Origin: Octopus vulgaris
Lineage: Eukaryota
DNA: 64,000 nt
Assembly (NCBI GenBank): GCA_951406725.2
Contig: OX597820.1
Span: 72,788,001-72,852,000 of the forward strand
Direction of reading: 5' to 3'
Below, in pieces: positions 1 through 13,238 of the stretch (the first letter of the stretch is position 1; every line of letters starts with the position of its first letter). Below the pieces are notes generated by a model. That model had not been told where the DNA came from. It was given only the letters and a program-made list of their open reading frames with translations, and did no database searches. The position numbers were made by a program, and so were the translations under genes.

Positions 1-120
1 TCTATTGAAGAGTGTAGGCTCGAAACGTAAAACTTTCTCACCTTCCTGAGCGTTAAACTAATACACCTGCTTGTTGTTTATACACCTGTTTTCGTCTTTT
101 GTTTCTCTATAAATTTCAAC
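1..120 (+). mobile_element. Short Penelope-type repeat fragment (A6U hammerhead family), cut by the window edge
   Basis: CTATTGA-A-GAGT-GTAG-GCTC-GAAA-CG-TA followed by a tail homologous to 44873-45010, 46576-46720 and 32150-32360(-). Confidence 0.55.
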
Positions 121-439
121 TCCTCCCCCATTCCCGTCGTCCATCTGCGACGATACTTCCGTCGTAACTGCTATCCTGTCTTTTCTCGCCCGCCTTCTAA
201 GGCCACTGGTCGACATTCTTTCTCTCTCGTCGTCCACTATAATCCAGCGTTTGCATTACTTTTTTCGTCTGGCGTAAACAGCCCTTCTTATCTTGTTCTC
301 CTTGTCCTGTCTCTCACTGTTATATATATTTTTCAACTGTTTATATATAATTTTTTTTACTGTTTATATGTTTGTACTGTCGTTACCGTCTTGCTTTTTT
401 TACCATTTTTTACCCTCTATATATATATAGTATACGTCT

Positions 440-680
440 CGCTTTTATCCTTCGAAACGTAGAGTAGATGAAACCTTAGCGACTGAAGAAGGGGATTTTT
501 CGTTGTGCTTATTGTCCTGTATCTCTTTTTTTCTTTTTTGCTTGTCCTGTTCCTTGGTTTGTGTCTATGTTTTTCGTCTCTCTATGTGTTCGACGTCTTT
601 TTGGTGTCCTGTACACATATATGCGTGTATATGTACATGTAGAGTAGGTACGTACATATATGTTTATATATATGCATAGA
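440..680 (+). mobile_element. Unclassified microsatellite-associated repeat, related to 17430-18010, 20940-21265 and 28950-29210
   Basis: Shared CTGA(A/T)GAAGGG...TTGTCCTGT...GTCCTGTA.CATATATGC layout ending in (TA)n. Confidence 0.45.
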
Positions 681-685
681 GTATG

Positions 686-772
<87 letters not shown>

Positions 773-774
773 GA

Positions 775-811
<37 letters not shown>

Positions 812-1677
812 GCAAAGATGAGCTTCCTCACAGTTTCCAGTTTCCGTCAACCAAATCTACTCCCAAGACATTAGTAGACCTGGGATTATTGTAGACTCGC
901 TCAGGCTACCACACAGTGGGAGTGAACCCGAGACCACACGGTTGCAATGCCCTGTCTGTGCCTATTACACGGTTGAGCAAAATATTATCTCGTCACCAAA
1001 AGCCGTGTGATTGTTGAAAGACTGCCTGTTCACTCTTTAGTATAATTTACGATAGAAACTGCATCCTATATTGCAGATAGCTGAACTAAATACATCCAAC
1101 GGTATGATGCTCAGGTTACACCCTTGCAATTACTACACACTCTAAGATCACCCTTTATTTCTATCTTAGTCATCTCATCGACCTTCCAATCATATTTTCA
1201 ATCTTCTATATATTATCAAACAGCTTCAATGATATCTTATTGAAGACGCACGTTCTTATCTGGTTTTAGTACTTCTACAATATCACCTAATCCAGAATAG
1301 CTAATTGCTCAATAGCTCTTGTTATTTCTTCAACAGATAATTCATGTTTAGTTACTTTCATCTCCTCTTGTGATTCAGGAATTACCAGAGCAGTTCTTCC
1401 ATTAAACGCTTTGCTCATGATTGCATTTAAAATGTTCTTTCCATTTTTCTTTGATGCTAAAGTCTTATATCAAATGATATTAGATCTCTGGAGTAGCGTA
1501 GGATACGTGGATTACAAAGGGAGGCCACCTTGTATATGAGCGCTTGCTGCAGTCAGAGGTAAGCAACGTTTAAAGAATGAGAGACCAATTTGGCTGCCTT
1601 GCGGGGCGGCCAAAAGCCATGCAACACCACTGTATCAGATACTCGTAATTTTCATTCCCTGTAATCTCACTTATTAA

Positions 1678-1880
1678 GGCAACGAGCTGGAAGAAACGTT
1701 AACACGCCGGACAAATGCTTAGCAGCATTTCTTCTGCCTCTTTACGTTCTGAGTTCAAATCCTATCGAACCTAACTTTGCCTTTCATCCCTTCAGAGTCG
1801 ATAAAATAAAGTACTAGTCAAGTATTGAGGTCGATGTGGTCAACTTTCCCCCTCCCCTCAAAATCATTGGCCTTGAACCA
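1678..1880 (+). mobile_element. tRNA-derived SINE family B (type-2 tail)
   Basis: GAGCTGG..GAAACGTTA head, B-box GAGTTCAAAT, central CTTTGCCTTTCATCC..GTCGATAAAATAAAGTAC; more than 12 copies in the window. Confidence 0.75.
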
Positions 1881-2329
1881 TACAACAGACCAGGGGGAAT
1901 GTTATAATCTCGGCCACTTATACGCTATGGAAACCGAGTAGCCGGCATTATGAGTCTTAACACTAAAAAAAAACAAAAACAAACAAACAAACATAAAACA
2001 TTACTTCATAAGCTTTTATTGAGTAACTTAACTGCTTCACCAACTTTTACTTTCAACCATCTTTCACTCCCAAGAATCTTCTTTTATCTCTTCTCAAACA
2101 CCATTTCCTCTTTTTTTTTTTGCGACACCAATATCTAGCTATTTCCACTTTAAGATTCATCTTATTCCCTCTCCAAATTTCAAATAGTTTTTGCTTTTTT
2201 CGTACTTCAGTGAATTACCACGTTTCATTGTTAAATCATTTTTTCATTTTATTTTTCTTCTACCCAGAACATTTTTGGCCACGTCCTTGTATACTTCCTT
2301 TACAGTTTTCCATGCACCGTTGGTTTCTT

Positions 2330-2510
2330 ATTTCTTTATTGCCCACAAGGGGCTAAACCTAGAGGGGATAAACAAGGACAGACAAAAGGATTAAGTCGAT
2401 TACATCGACCCCAGTGCGTAACTGGTACTTAATTTATCGACCCCCGAAAGGATGGAAGGCAAAGTCGACCTCGGCGGAATTTGAACTCAGTACGTAAAGA
2501 CAGGCGAATC
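2330..2510 (-). mobile_element. SINE family B (type-1 tail), 5'-truncated
   Basis: Near identical to 43548-43775, 56974-57204 and 60526-60743. Confidence 0.8.
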
Positions 2511-3215
2511 CACGCACCATTGGTTTCTATAACACATTAAATTAAAGCTTCCAGTTTTACAATCCAGTGTAGGGCTGACATCCCTACCTAGAAAAAACAA
2601 GTTACTGAAGCATCAATGACAATCAATGAAAAAGGGCCGAGTAGGGATCAGTGAAGAAACGTTGTCCATATGCTCCGTAGGAAGTGAAGGACTTAAAGAA
2701 GGGTTCTTTTTAAAGGGACTACCTCTTCTGGTAAGATTGTTGGCAGCGCAGAATCTTATACCATTTACAGTGGCATCTCAAAAACCATCTGTATCTATCA
2801 GCAATTCCAGAATTTCGTTGTTACAGCCAGCTTTCACATTAAAATCACCAATCACAATTTCCATATCCCTCGCTTGTTTACTATCAACTCCATCTTCATA
2901 ATATAATTAGTCGAAAGAACATTTTTCTTAATCGCTTGCATTATTTCATGAAGCGTAACAATATAGATGATATTGTTTAGCTTATCTCTGAGTTTCATTA
3001 AAATCATTCTACAATTAGTAGAAAATAATATTCTTGAGGTTTTTTTTCTTTTTATTCAGAAGCAAGCCGATTCCATCTCTCTCCATAAAATCTTCTATTT
3101 TGGAGATCAAAAATATATTACGTTCTGTTATAATAATTTGATCCATCCCAATCTAATCTTATTCGGTACTCTTCTATTTATCTGCAGCCAATTTTTTATC
3201 AATTTACTAAAAGAT

Positions 3216-4915
3216 TACTCTTTTTACTCTTTTACTTGTTTCAGTCATTTGACTGCGGCCATGCTGGAGCACTGCCTTTAGTCGAACTAATCGACCGCAG
3301 GACTTATTCTTTGTAAGCCTAGTACTTATTCTATCGGTTCTCTTTTGCCGAACCGCTAAGTTATGGAGACGTAAATACACCAACATCAGTTGTCAAGCGA
3401 TAGGTGGGGGGGGGGGAGCAAACACAGACACAAAAATATACAAATACACACACACCCACACACACACACAAATACAGGGGTTGTACAAAATAATGGAAAC
3501 ACCTTCAAATTTCAAGCAAATTTATTTTAATATGGGGTAGGACCACTTTTGGCAGTAATTACAGCTTGAATTCTACGAGGTATGGACTCGTACGTTTGAA
3601 TTGTTTCCAAAGGAATTTTTGTCCATTCTTCAGCTAAAACAGTCTCCAGTTCTTGTAGTGATGATGGTGGAGGATATCGACTCCTTACTTGTTTTTCTAA
3701 AATGCACCATACATGTTCAATAATATTGAGATCAGGGGACTGTGGCGGCCAGATAAGATGTTCAACTTCACTAGAATGTTCCTCGTGCCATTGAGTAACA
3801 ACTTTAGCTGTGTGAATTGGTGAATTATGATCCTGAAAGATTGCGTTTAAATCCGGAAACAGTTCCGCAACCATAGGATTAATTTGATTAAATAAAATGC
3901 TCAAATAGTCTTGACTATTAACTCTGCCATGGAGGGAAACCATTGGGTCGGCGGATTTCGAAGATATACCACCCCACTCCTGATCATCACAGATCCTCCT
4001 CCATGTTTAACAGTTAGAAGAAGACAGTCTGGGTCTTTTGGCTGTCTCCACACGTATACTCGGCCGGTGGTCGGAAATAAGGTAAAGGATGAATCGTCCG
4101 AGAAAATAACATTCTTTCGCTGCTCTAGGGACCAATTCTGTAGGATTTTACACCACTCTAAACGCTTTGCAACGTTTGTTTTTGAAAGTTGTGTTTTTCT
4201 GATTGTAGTCCCCCCCATGAGATCCGACTTTGTGCAGCTCCCATCGAACAGTTTTTTGTGGAAACTGGGTGGGGAGCTGTACTTTTGTGATCCTTCCTAA
4301 CAATTCGTGTAAGAGTCTGACGATTCCGGAATTTTGTTTCGACGAGGAGGTTTTTTCCCCCTTTCTCAAAGGCTGTCAATACTTTCGAGACAGTACTTCT
4401 TGATACACCAAACATTTCGGCTGTTTTCGTTATGCTAGCGCCTGCCATACGAGTACCAACAATTTCACCTCTTTGAAAGTCCGATAGATTTGTAATTTTA
4501 ATGAATTTTAATTACCTTTTTCTGGTGATATCTGAAAAGAAACAGCAATTTTAGCAAAACGTATTAAGCAACACTAATAATAAAAAAAAACATAAAAATA
4601 AACAGGGTTTGGCGGTTTTATAGATATTTCAAAATTATGATGCTATGATACTAGATGTTTCCATTAATTTGTCCAACCCCTGTATGTATATATACATACA
4701 TACATATATATATGTATATATATATATGTATATATATATATATTTTTTTACACGACGGGCTTCTTTCAGTTTCCGTCTACCAAATCCACTCACAAGGCTA
4801 TGGTCGGTCGGAGGCTATAGTAAAAGACACTTGCTCAAGATGCCACGCAGTGGGACTGAACCCGGAACCATGTGGCTGGTAAGCAAGCTACTTACCACAC
4901 AGCCACTCCTGCACC
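3216..4915 (-). mobile_element. tRNA-derived SINE family A, split by a Tc1 insertion (3216-3472 and 4685-4915)
   Basis: The two halves join into the same sequence as the intact copies at 9305-9715 and 45117-45527. Confidence 0.85.
3475..4682 (-). mobile_element. Full-length Tc1-like DNA transposon (DD34E) with frameshifted transposase
   Basis: TIR CAGGGGTTGTACAAAATAATGGAAAC at 3475 and its imperfect inverse ending 4682; TA duplicated at 3473-3474 and 4683-4684; ORF pieces with VIFSDDSSF, FQDHNSPIH, WPPQSPDLNIIEHVW and an N-terminal HTH. Confidence 0.95.
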
Positions 4916-5033
4916 TCGTAAGACTGACGTAATAATTGAACGCCGGATTTTCGGAATATCACTAACTCATGGAGAAAGAAATGGTTAAGAATTGTAAGAT
5001 TGTTTGATAGTTTATTTACTAATTTTTTTAAGT

Positions 5034-5285
5034 GGAGGCACGTGGCTTAGTGGTTAGGGTGTTGGACTCATGATGTTAAGATTGTGGTTTCGATTTCTGG
5101 GCCAGGTGACGCATTGTGTTCTTGAGCAAAGCACTTCATTTCACGTTGCTCCAGTCCACTCAGTTGGCAAAAGTGAGAAATCGTGCAACAGACTGGTGTC
5201 CCGTTCAGGCGGGGAATATATACATCATGGAAGCCGGGTAACCGGCCCTTATGAATTTATCTATGACTCGGGAAGGAACTTCACT
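5034..5285 (+). mobile_element. tRNA-derived SINE family D (related copies ~7510-7800, 18466-18715, 26382-26695(-), 46050-46435, 56365-56500(-))
   Basis: A-box GTGGCTTAGTGG, B-box GGTTTCGATT, conserved core TTGAGCAA.GCACTT.ATTTCACGTTGCTCCAGT. Confidence 0.7.
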
Positions 5286-5884
5286 TTTTACTTTTGTAAA
5301 TAAAAGCTAGTTTTTGATAAACACGAAAGTATTTTTCACTCAAGGTCACCAAATCAATATTCGATTGTTCCATCTCTCTACTTGTTCCAATCCACATTCC
5401 TTCTGCAATATTGGAATTCACTAAGCTCCAGCACTTATTTTTGAATTCGTATCTAAAAATCTGTAGATTCTTAGCGTTTCTGTTTGTTCGGGATTAGGGA
5501 TTGTTACTGACATTATAAAATGCATGGAAAATTTGTTGATTGTAGATCTCAGTAATTAAGCTATCGTCACGTAAGACGCAATTCCTAGTTTTGGGGTGTT
5601 AATCCTCTATCAAAAGAGATATCTGAAACTCTCACCGAAGATGTTGTCTATCACATATTGTTGTCAGCATCATCTCGCTTCCAGTGATGTTTCTGCGTCA
5701 CATTTAGCCGACCAATATAAGCAAAGATACGGAATAAGTTAGACAAGTGAACCGAAATCTGGTTAATGAGTCTTATCACAAAAACGGCTGTTACCCATGG
5801 AACCAACTTCCATCCACAAATGATTTAATTAGAAATATATTTCAAGGATCGACCATCAAAGGTTTGATTCAATTTCAATTGCTA

Positions 5885-6270
5885 TCTTTTATCTTTTACT
5901 TGTTTCAGTCATTATATTGCGGCCATGCTGGGACAACACCTGCAAAAATTTTAGTCGAAAGAATTGACCCCCCGTACTATTTTTAAACCTAGCACTTATT
6001 TTATCGGTCTCTGCTGCCGGACCGTTAAGTTGGTGTGGTTACGGGGCCGTAAACACACCAGCACCACTTGTTAAGCGGTGGTGGGTGATAAAGACTGACA
6101 CAAAGGCAGACAGATAGACAGACACATACACACATACATACGACAGGCTTCTTTCAGTTTCTGTCTACCAAATCCACTCACAATGGTTGGCTAGAAACTA
6201 TAGAAGAAGCCATTTCCCAGGCTGGCGCACAGTGGGTCCGCATCTGAAACCACATTGTTGGTTGCAAAGC
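5885..6270 (-). mobile_element. SINE family A, diverged copy
   Basis: TTTTACTTGTTTCAGTC..GCGGCCATGCTGG tail and CTTCTTTCAGTTTC.GTCTACCAAATCCACTCAC body. Confidence 0.75.
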
Positions 6271-6821
6271 GAGAAAAGAAATCTCAGAATGGCCAGAACT
6301 ACAATTCTCTTGATCATTGACTTATTGAATCAGAGCCGACTTTGGGAACTGATTAACAACGATAATAACGGTTACAGCAACAACAACAACAGCAGTAACG
6401 TTTCCATGAATAATGCAAACATCTCCAGAGTATCCATTTACTCCATCGGTTTCTACGATATAATAAAAAGGAAAGGCTTTCTGATATTTATACCGATGTA
6501 AACAATGGCGGGTCTGGAGAATGGGGGGAGGGGAGACTTCTCCAGAGAATCTCTTAACTTTGCCGCGTTTTGAGGTTTGAGCATGTCTGGAATGGATGTT
6601 TTCAGTGGTGGTCACAAAGAAAGATACAAATGTCTAGTTAAATGGGAAAACAAATGTGAGAAAAAAAAACATAAGCAACAAAATTAACTCTCCGTTCGCA
6701 GCAACCATTTGAAAACTTTGGTAATTCTGAATTATAGCATTCGTGAAGAATGTATTGAACACGATATAAAACTAATGAAGAAATGCTACAACCAGCAAAA
6801 GCAAAAAAAAAAATCATCATA

Positions 6822-7237
6822 GGCGCAGGAGTGGCTGTGTGGTAAGTAGCTTGTTTACCAACCACATGGTTCCGGGTTCAGTTCCACTGCGTGACACCTT
6901 GGGCAAATGGCTTTTACTACAGCCTCGGGCCGACCAAAGCTTTGTGAGTGGATTTGGTAGACGGAAACTGAAAGAAGCCTGTCGTATATATGTATATATA
7001 TATATATATTTGTGTGTGTGTTTGTTTGTCTGTGTTTGTTCCCCTTCTCATCAACATCGCTTGATAACCGATGTTGGTGTGCTTACGTCCCCGTAACTTA
7101 GCGGTTCGGCAAAAGAGATCGATAGAATAAGTACTAGGCTTACAAAGAATAAGTCCTGGGGTCGATTTCCTCGACTAAAGGCGGTGCTCCAGCATGGCCG
7201 CAGTCAAAGGACTGAAACAAGTAAAAGAGTATAAGAG
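6822..7237 (+). mobile_element. SINE family A, full length
   Basis: Head GGCGCAGGAGTGGCTGTGTGG (A-box) and GGGTTCAGTTCC (B-box), internal (TA)/(TG) microsatellite, tail GGTGCTCCAGCATGGCCGCAGTC..GACTGAAACAAGTAAAAGAG. Confidence 0.9.
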
Positions 7238-7239
7238 AT

Positions 7240-7497
7240 AAACCTGAACTTTTAAAAAGAAGGAATCCAAAGTTATTTTGGTCAATTAGCAAGTGAACAA
7301 GGCACATAAAGACAATTACTAAAGGAAAGATAAATTAGTAAACACTTGAAAGGAAAACTTAGAACAAGCTTGTTTGATAACATCCAGGACTGGATTAAAC
7401 TATCATATGGTGAATGTGTAAGAATGGCAAAGAAGAGACTTGAATGGAGATCCTTGATGATCAACCTGCTGAGAACGAATGAGACCAAATGATAACG
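7240..7497 (+). mobile_element. 3' end of an RTE-clade LINE
   Basis: Translates to GKLRTSLFDNIQDWIKLSYGECVRMAKKRLEWRSLMINLL, typical of the RTE ORF C-terminus. Confidence 0.6.
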
Positions 7498-8072
7498 AGT
7501 ATTTGTGAATGTGCGTAGTGTAATGGTTATAGAGTTTGATTCACAATTGTTAGTTCGTGGGTTCGTGGGTTCGATTCTCGGACCGGGACTGAGATCGGGT
7601 GGCGCATGGGGCCCTTGAGCAATGCAAGTCATTTCCGGATGCTTCGATTTACACGATTAAAATGTGTACCAACGGCAGATACCAAGGTGGGTTCAACCTT
7701 AAAATGGACTGACATGTATTTCAGGGGCTAAAGGTAAATATTGTACTCAGACTCGCTTAAACACCATGGAAACTGAGATAAATCCCGGTCAAATGAGCAT
7801 TGTTTTCCTTGCACAATCTTAACTTCTAAGAGTATTTTCTTGCTTGTTGTTGTGTTTGTTATGTAACCCCAGCTCATCACAATAAGGCCTATGGCACTCA
7901 GTCACTTTGCTGAATGACTAGGAATGCCCCGGGATTGAACCAAGAACTTTTTATCTTCAGTCTAACTTTCTCCCAACTTAGACATTTCTGATTGGCCCTA
8001 GCCGAACACATCGTACCCCGTATTCTTCTCCCATGTACGATCCTTGGTCATCGTTGACAACAATGGAATGAC

Positions 8073-8129
<57 letters not shown>

Positions 8130-8131
<2 letters not shown>

Positions 8132-8684
8132 CCCTGATGCAGTACCAGGCAGTGGCTCTCATGGCTTCTGATCTTAACTGATTGGAAGTGTTATCATGTA
8201 CATTGTTTTGTCTTGGTATAAAAGATGGGCTACAGCAAATATTCTGCTCAATACCACAGATTTGCTTGTCAGTTGTTTGACCTTAACCAGTTGAGCATGT
8301 CCCTTAGTGGCTGACGATATGTGCATCTCTGATCACGAGCAGAAGTAGTGGGGGAGCATCATAGCCATGTGTTGAGAGGGATTCTTTGGGGTTTGAATAG
8401 TTCACCTCTAGAAACATGGGTGGTTCTTTCAACATCCTTAAACAACCCTTATTCAGGGACCGTTTGAGCGGGATGGGCTACTCAACCTGAAGAAAATTCT
8501 AACTGGGCCCCACCTGCAAGGTCATGTGCTGTTTATCTTGATATGAGATCACCATGTCGCGCACATATGGTTGTGATGCATGTGCCTGGTGTACCTTTAT
8601 CAGACGGGTAGTCATGATGGGTATATTGGGCTTCGTATATTTTACCCCAGTGTCACTTTGATGGCATGAACTGCTCTCTCACTC
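8130..8684. mobile_element. Unclassified ~555-bp non-coding element (family C) inserted in (AAT)n
   Basis: (AAT)n on both sides; reverse-complement copies at 38474-38982 and 58154-58700, partial copy at 61580-62013. Confidence 0.85.
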
Positions 8685-8741
<57 letters not shown>

Positions 8742-8742
<1 letters not shown>

Positions 8743-8950
8743 GTTTTAAATTTTGCCACAAGGCCAGAAATTTTGAGGGCGAGAATGAGTCGATTACATC
8801 GACCCCAGTGTTCAAGTGGTACTTATTTTATCGACACCGAATGGATGATAGGCAAAGTTGACCTCGGTGGCATTTGAACTCAGAACGTGAAGACAGACGC
8901 GATGCCACTAAACATTTGGTCCAGCGTGTTGATGATTCTGCCAGTCGCAG
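8742..8950 (-). mobile_element. SINE family B (type-2 tail)
   Basis: GTCGATTACATCGACCCCAGTG..GGTACTTATTTTATCGAC..TTTGAACTCAGAACGT. Confidence 0.75.
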
Positions 8951-9304
8951 CGATAAAGATAATTATTCTTTAAGTCCAACAGTGACTGAAGAGTTATCAA
9001 AATATTTAGATTTCTCTGAAGGCAACTTGTAAATATTTCATACTTTTACGCAGTAATATTCAATTCCATTGTCTCGCTTCATTTTATTTTAAAAAGATGA
9101 CAAAATTATAACACCTACATACGACATGTTCAGCAATTGTGCTCTCTCATAATTTAAACAACTAGTTTAGATGAACTGTAACAGTTCTGCTTAGGTTCAA
9201 TGAAACATACATACATACATACATACATACATACATACATACATACATACATACATACATACATACATACATACATACATACATGCATACATATATACAT
9301 ATCT

Positions 9305-9715
9305 CTTTTACTCTTTTACTCTTTTACTTGTTTCAGTCCTTTGACTGTGGCCATGCTGGAGCACCGCCTTTAATCGAGAAACTCGACCCCGGGACTTATT
9401 CTTTTGTAAGCCCAGTACTTATTTTATCGGTCTCTTATGCCGAACCGCTAAGTAACGGGGACATAAACACACCAGCATCGGTTGTCAAGCAATGCTAGGG
9501 GACAAACACAGACACACAAACACACACATGCATATATATATATACATATATACGACGGGCTTCTTTCAGTTTCCGTCTACCAAATCCACTCACAAGACTT
9601 CGGTCGGCCCGAGGCTATAGTAGAAGACACTTGCCCAAGGTGCAACGCAGTGGGACTGAACCCGGAACCATGTGGTTGGTAGACAAGCTACTTACCACAC
9701 AGCCACTCCTGCGCC
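9305..9715 (-). mobile_element. SINE family A, full length
   Basis: Reverse complement of 6822-7237; flanked by (CATA)n/(TA)n. Confidence 0.9.
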
Positions 9716-9733
9716 TATATATATGTATATACA

Positions 9734-9786
<53 letters not shown>

Positions 9787-10121
9787 TGGGTAACATCAAT
9801 TATTACTTTTTAATACAAATAGACTGTATCCCATCTAACAGCTGTTTCTGCTTCCAATGTCCCACGGTGTTGCCATTGAAAATTCTGAAAATAATATTCA
9901 TTATATTTGGTAATAGATCCGATCAGGAATATGGAGCTTCACCAGAGTGAAGAAAATACATAAAAGAAAAGAAAAGAAAAGAAGAGCCACGAGAAGAAGA
10001 AAGGCTTAATATAAATCATACCATTTTGCATATGTTATACTTCAGGGCGATAAGTAAATGACTATAATTAAGATATTAATTGGTGGATTAATTTTTCTAC
10101 AGGGGTAGCAGGATGTATAAG

Positions 10122-10155
<34 letters not shown>

Positions 10156-10238
10156 GGTCCAGGGGTCGATATGTTCGACTAAAAACGGTGCTCCAGCATG
10201 TCCAGACAAATGACTGAAAAAGTAAAAGAATAAAAGGG

Positions 10239-10276
<38 letters not shown>

Positions 10277-10277
<1 letters not shown>

Positions 10278-10671
10278 TAGCAGTATCGCCCGGCGTTGCT
10301 CGGGTTTGTAAGGGAAATAACTACAAAACATTTTTAGAGAGTTATAGCCAAAAAATAGCAAAAAAATGCATTAAAAATGGGAAAAAAATTATGGTAAATT
10401 TTTTTTTAAATCGTTGACTCATCGTAGACATTTTTAGAGAGTTACTTCCCTTATATAATAGCGAAAAAATGCATTAAAAGGGAAAAAAAATGATGGTAAA
10501 TTATTTTTAAAATCGTAGACTCATCGTAGACGCGCGCTAATACCCAGAAGGGTTCGATATGAATAACGACTATAAGATACCCGGTTTTGGTTAAACTGCA
10601 CCGCAAAATGTGGGAGTAGTTAGGAATCTAAATCGTAGGAGACAGACACACAACCTTACTTTTATATATAA

Positions 10672-10674
<3 letters not shown>
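10277..10674 (-). mobile_element. Non-autonomous Helitron (398 bp)
   Basis: Minus strand starts TC(TTTATATATAAAAG) and ends with hairpin CCCGAGCAACGCCGGG then CTAG; inserted between A and T in a (TA)n tract without TSD; internal ~100-bp tandem duplication at 10329-10528. Confidence 0.85.
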
Positions 10675-10702
<28 letters not shown>

Positions 10703-10727
10703 CTAGTGATATATAATGTATAATATA

Positions 10728-10787
<60 letters not shown>

Positions 10788-10813
10788 TTGTGATATAATA
10801 TATTTATATTAGC

Positions 10814-10845
<32 letters not shown>

Positions 10846-10928
10846 GGTCCCGGGTTGATTCGGGGTTAACCACAGTAAATAAGGTACTCAATACATAGCA
10901 GAGTAAAAATAATTTATTATATAGAAGG

Positions 10929-10979
10929 AGCTTCTACAGGACTAGAACTGTTTCATTCAAGAGAAATCTTCAGGAAGCT
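10929..10979 (-). ncRNA. Type I hammerhead ribozyme motif (inverted copy of 13177-13227)
   Basis: AGCTTC-CTGAAGA-stem II-GAAA-CAG(8)CTG-TA-GAAGCT. Confidence 0.6.
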
Positions 10980-11204
10980 AGTTAACAAGAATTGTATTGG
11001 CATTTATACATTTAGGCAGGTTTAAAGGGGTGTTGGTGGGGGACTTTTTGGGGGTAGGCATAGCGCAAAATATCATACTTGGGGGAGTGGTCAAGGAGTC
11101 AGTGTTAAATTAGATAGAAGAATAAATAAAAAAATAAAAAAATAAAAAAATATATATATAAAAAAAGGGAATAGAGTTTTAGGTAAATAAGGAGATTCTC
11201 ACTT

Positions 11205-11573
11205 ATACCTATGCACACATGTATACATATATACACACACATACAAACATATATACATATACACACACACATACATACACACACACATATATACATATAT
11301 ATACACTTACACATACATATACATACCTACACATACACATATATGTATACATACACACACTCACATGCATACACGTATACACACATGTATATATACACAC
11401 ACGACCACACATACATATACACACAGAAAAATATATATACACATACACACACATACTCACATACACGCATACACACACAAATCCACACACACACATGCAC
11501 ACACAGCACACTGGTCCCTATATACACATATATACACATACACACATATATACACACACATACATATACATAC

Positions 11574-11625
<52 letters not shown>

Positions 11626-12353
11626 GTGTACCTATGCATACCTACACATACACACATATATATACACATACAAATACAGACCCATTCCCTAATTTTAATT
11701 TTATTATCTTCATTTATTACTTTTGTTATCTTTGATCGCTGGTCACAAACATCTTGGCTATGACAGCCAGTCCATTTATCTGTCTACTGGAAAACAAGCA
11801 CTCATTCACTCACGCACACTCTTTAGCACGTACACTCACTCATTCGTACACTCATACACATACACGCACGCACGCGTTATATTCATACATACATACATCT
11901 ACATACATTCACGTATATACACATACGTACGCGTACCTACAGATTCATGTCTACACTCTTAGAAGGCTAGTCTATACATATACACCAATAAATATAAATA
12001 CACACACATACATATACACCTACATACAAATACATACATGTATATATATATATGTATATATTCACACATATATACACATATATATACATACATATACATA
12101 CACATACACATATACACATATACACATATATACATATATATACACACATACACATACATACATATACACACATACACATACATACGTATACATACATCCA
12201 TACATCCATACATCCATACATACATACATTTATACACATACACACACCCACACGTATACATATACATACATATACATACGCGCATGCATACACATACAAA
12301 TACATACACATACGCATATACATATACATACATACACATACACACATATACAC

Positions 12354-12402
<49 letters not shown>

Positions 12403-12767
12403 CACACACATACATATACATACATACATATACAAATATACGCACACACATACATACATACTCATATACACATACATGCACATACACAAGTACATGCGTA
12501 CCCATACACACACACACACACGCGCATCCATATATACACATAAGTACACACATGCGTAAAAGTATACATATATCTATGCTTACACATACACACACACACA
12601 CGCGCCTCCTTATATTCATACTTACATGCAAACTCAAAAATAAGTAAATAGTAAAATATATATACGCGCAGTTATTCATACATGCATACTCAAAAAATAA
12701 ATAATAAATATTAAGTATATGTACGTGCAGTTACCTATTATATAGACGGATACATACATATAAACTT

Positions 12768-12824
<57 letters not shown>

Positions 12825-13067
12825 TACACATATATATACATATACATACACATACACATATATATACACACACACACATACACATATATATATATATACA
12901 TACTTACACACATGTACAAATACATACACACATAGATAACTCTACGTACCTACATATACATAAACACACGAGCGTACACGTATATGTACATATACACATA
13001 CACATACACACGCATATATATACATACATACATACACCTACACACATATATACACACACACACATAT
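11205..13067. repeat. Complex degenerate (CA)/(TA)/(CATA) low-complexity tract between 177-bp inverted repeats
   Basis: Direct reading; source of the many His/Thr/Tyr/Ile ORFs. Confidence 0.9.
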
Positions 13068-13176
13068 ACTCCCCCAAGTATGATATTTTGCGCTATGCCT
13101 ACCCCCAAAAAGTCCCCCACCAACACCCCTTTAAACCTGCCTAAATTTATAAATGCCAATACAATTCTTGTTAACT

Positions 13177-13227
13177 AGCTTCCTGAAGATTTCTCTTGAA
13201 TGAAACAGTTCTAGTCCTGTAGAAGCT
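13177..13227 (+). ncRNA. Type I hammerhead ribozyme motif
   Basis: Stem I AGCTTC/GAAGCT (6 bp), core CTGAAGA 13183-13189, weak stem II TTC/GAA, GAAA 13202-13205, stem III ACAG/CTGT, GUA cleavage triplet ending 13221. Confidence 0.6.
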
Positions 13228-13238
13228 CCTTCTATATA

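Larger units (their letters stand above)
960..3210 (-). mobile_element. Degenerate RTE-clade LINE remnant (endonuclease and RT), interrupted by SINEs
   Basis: Minus-strand translation gives IVIGDFNVKAGC (APE motif, ~2825-2860) and DWKVDEMTKIEIKGDLRVCSNCKGVT (RT domain start, ~1115-1190); many stops and frameshifts. Confidence 0.65.

Noticed and set aside
447-500. GAAA followed by CTGAAGA (also 21050-21092 minus) as a permuted type II hammerhead
   Set aside because: Could not build consistent stems I and II without using core nucleotides
6822-6895. tRNA gene
   Set aside because: Only A/B boxes of a SINE head; no cloverleaf, and it continues into the SINE body
8130-8200. HDV-like or hammerhead ribozyme at the end of family C
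   Set aside because: CTGATGC is not a hammerhead core, and no P1 partner for GCCCTGA was found nearby
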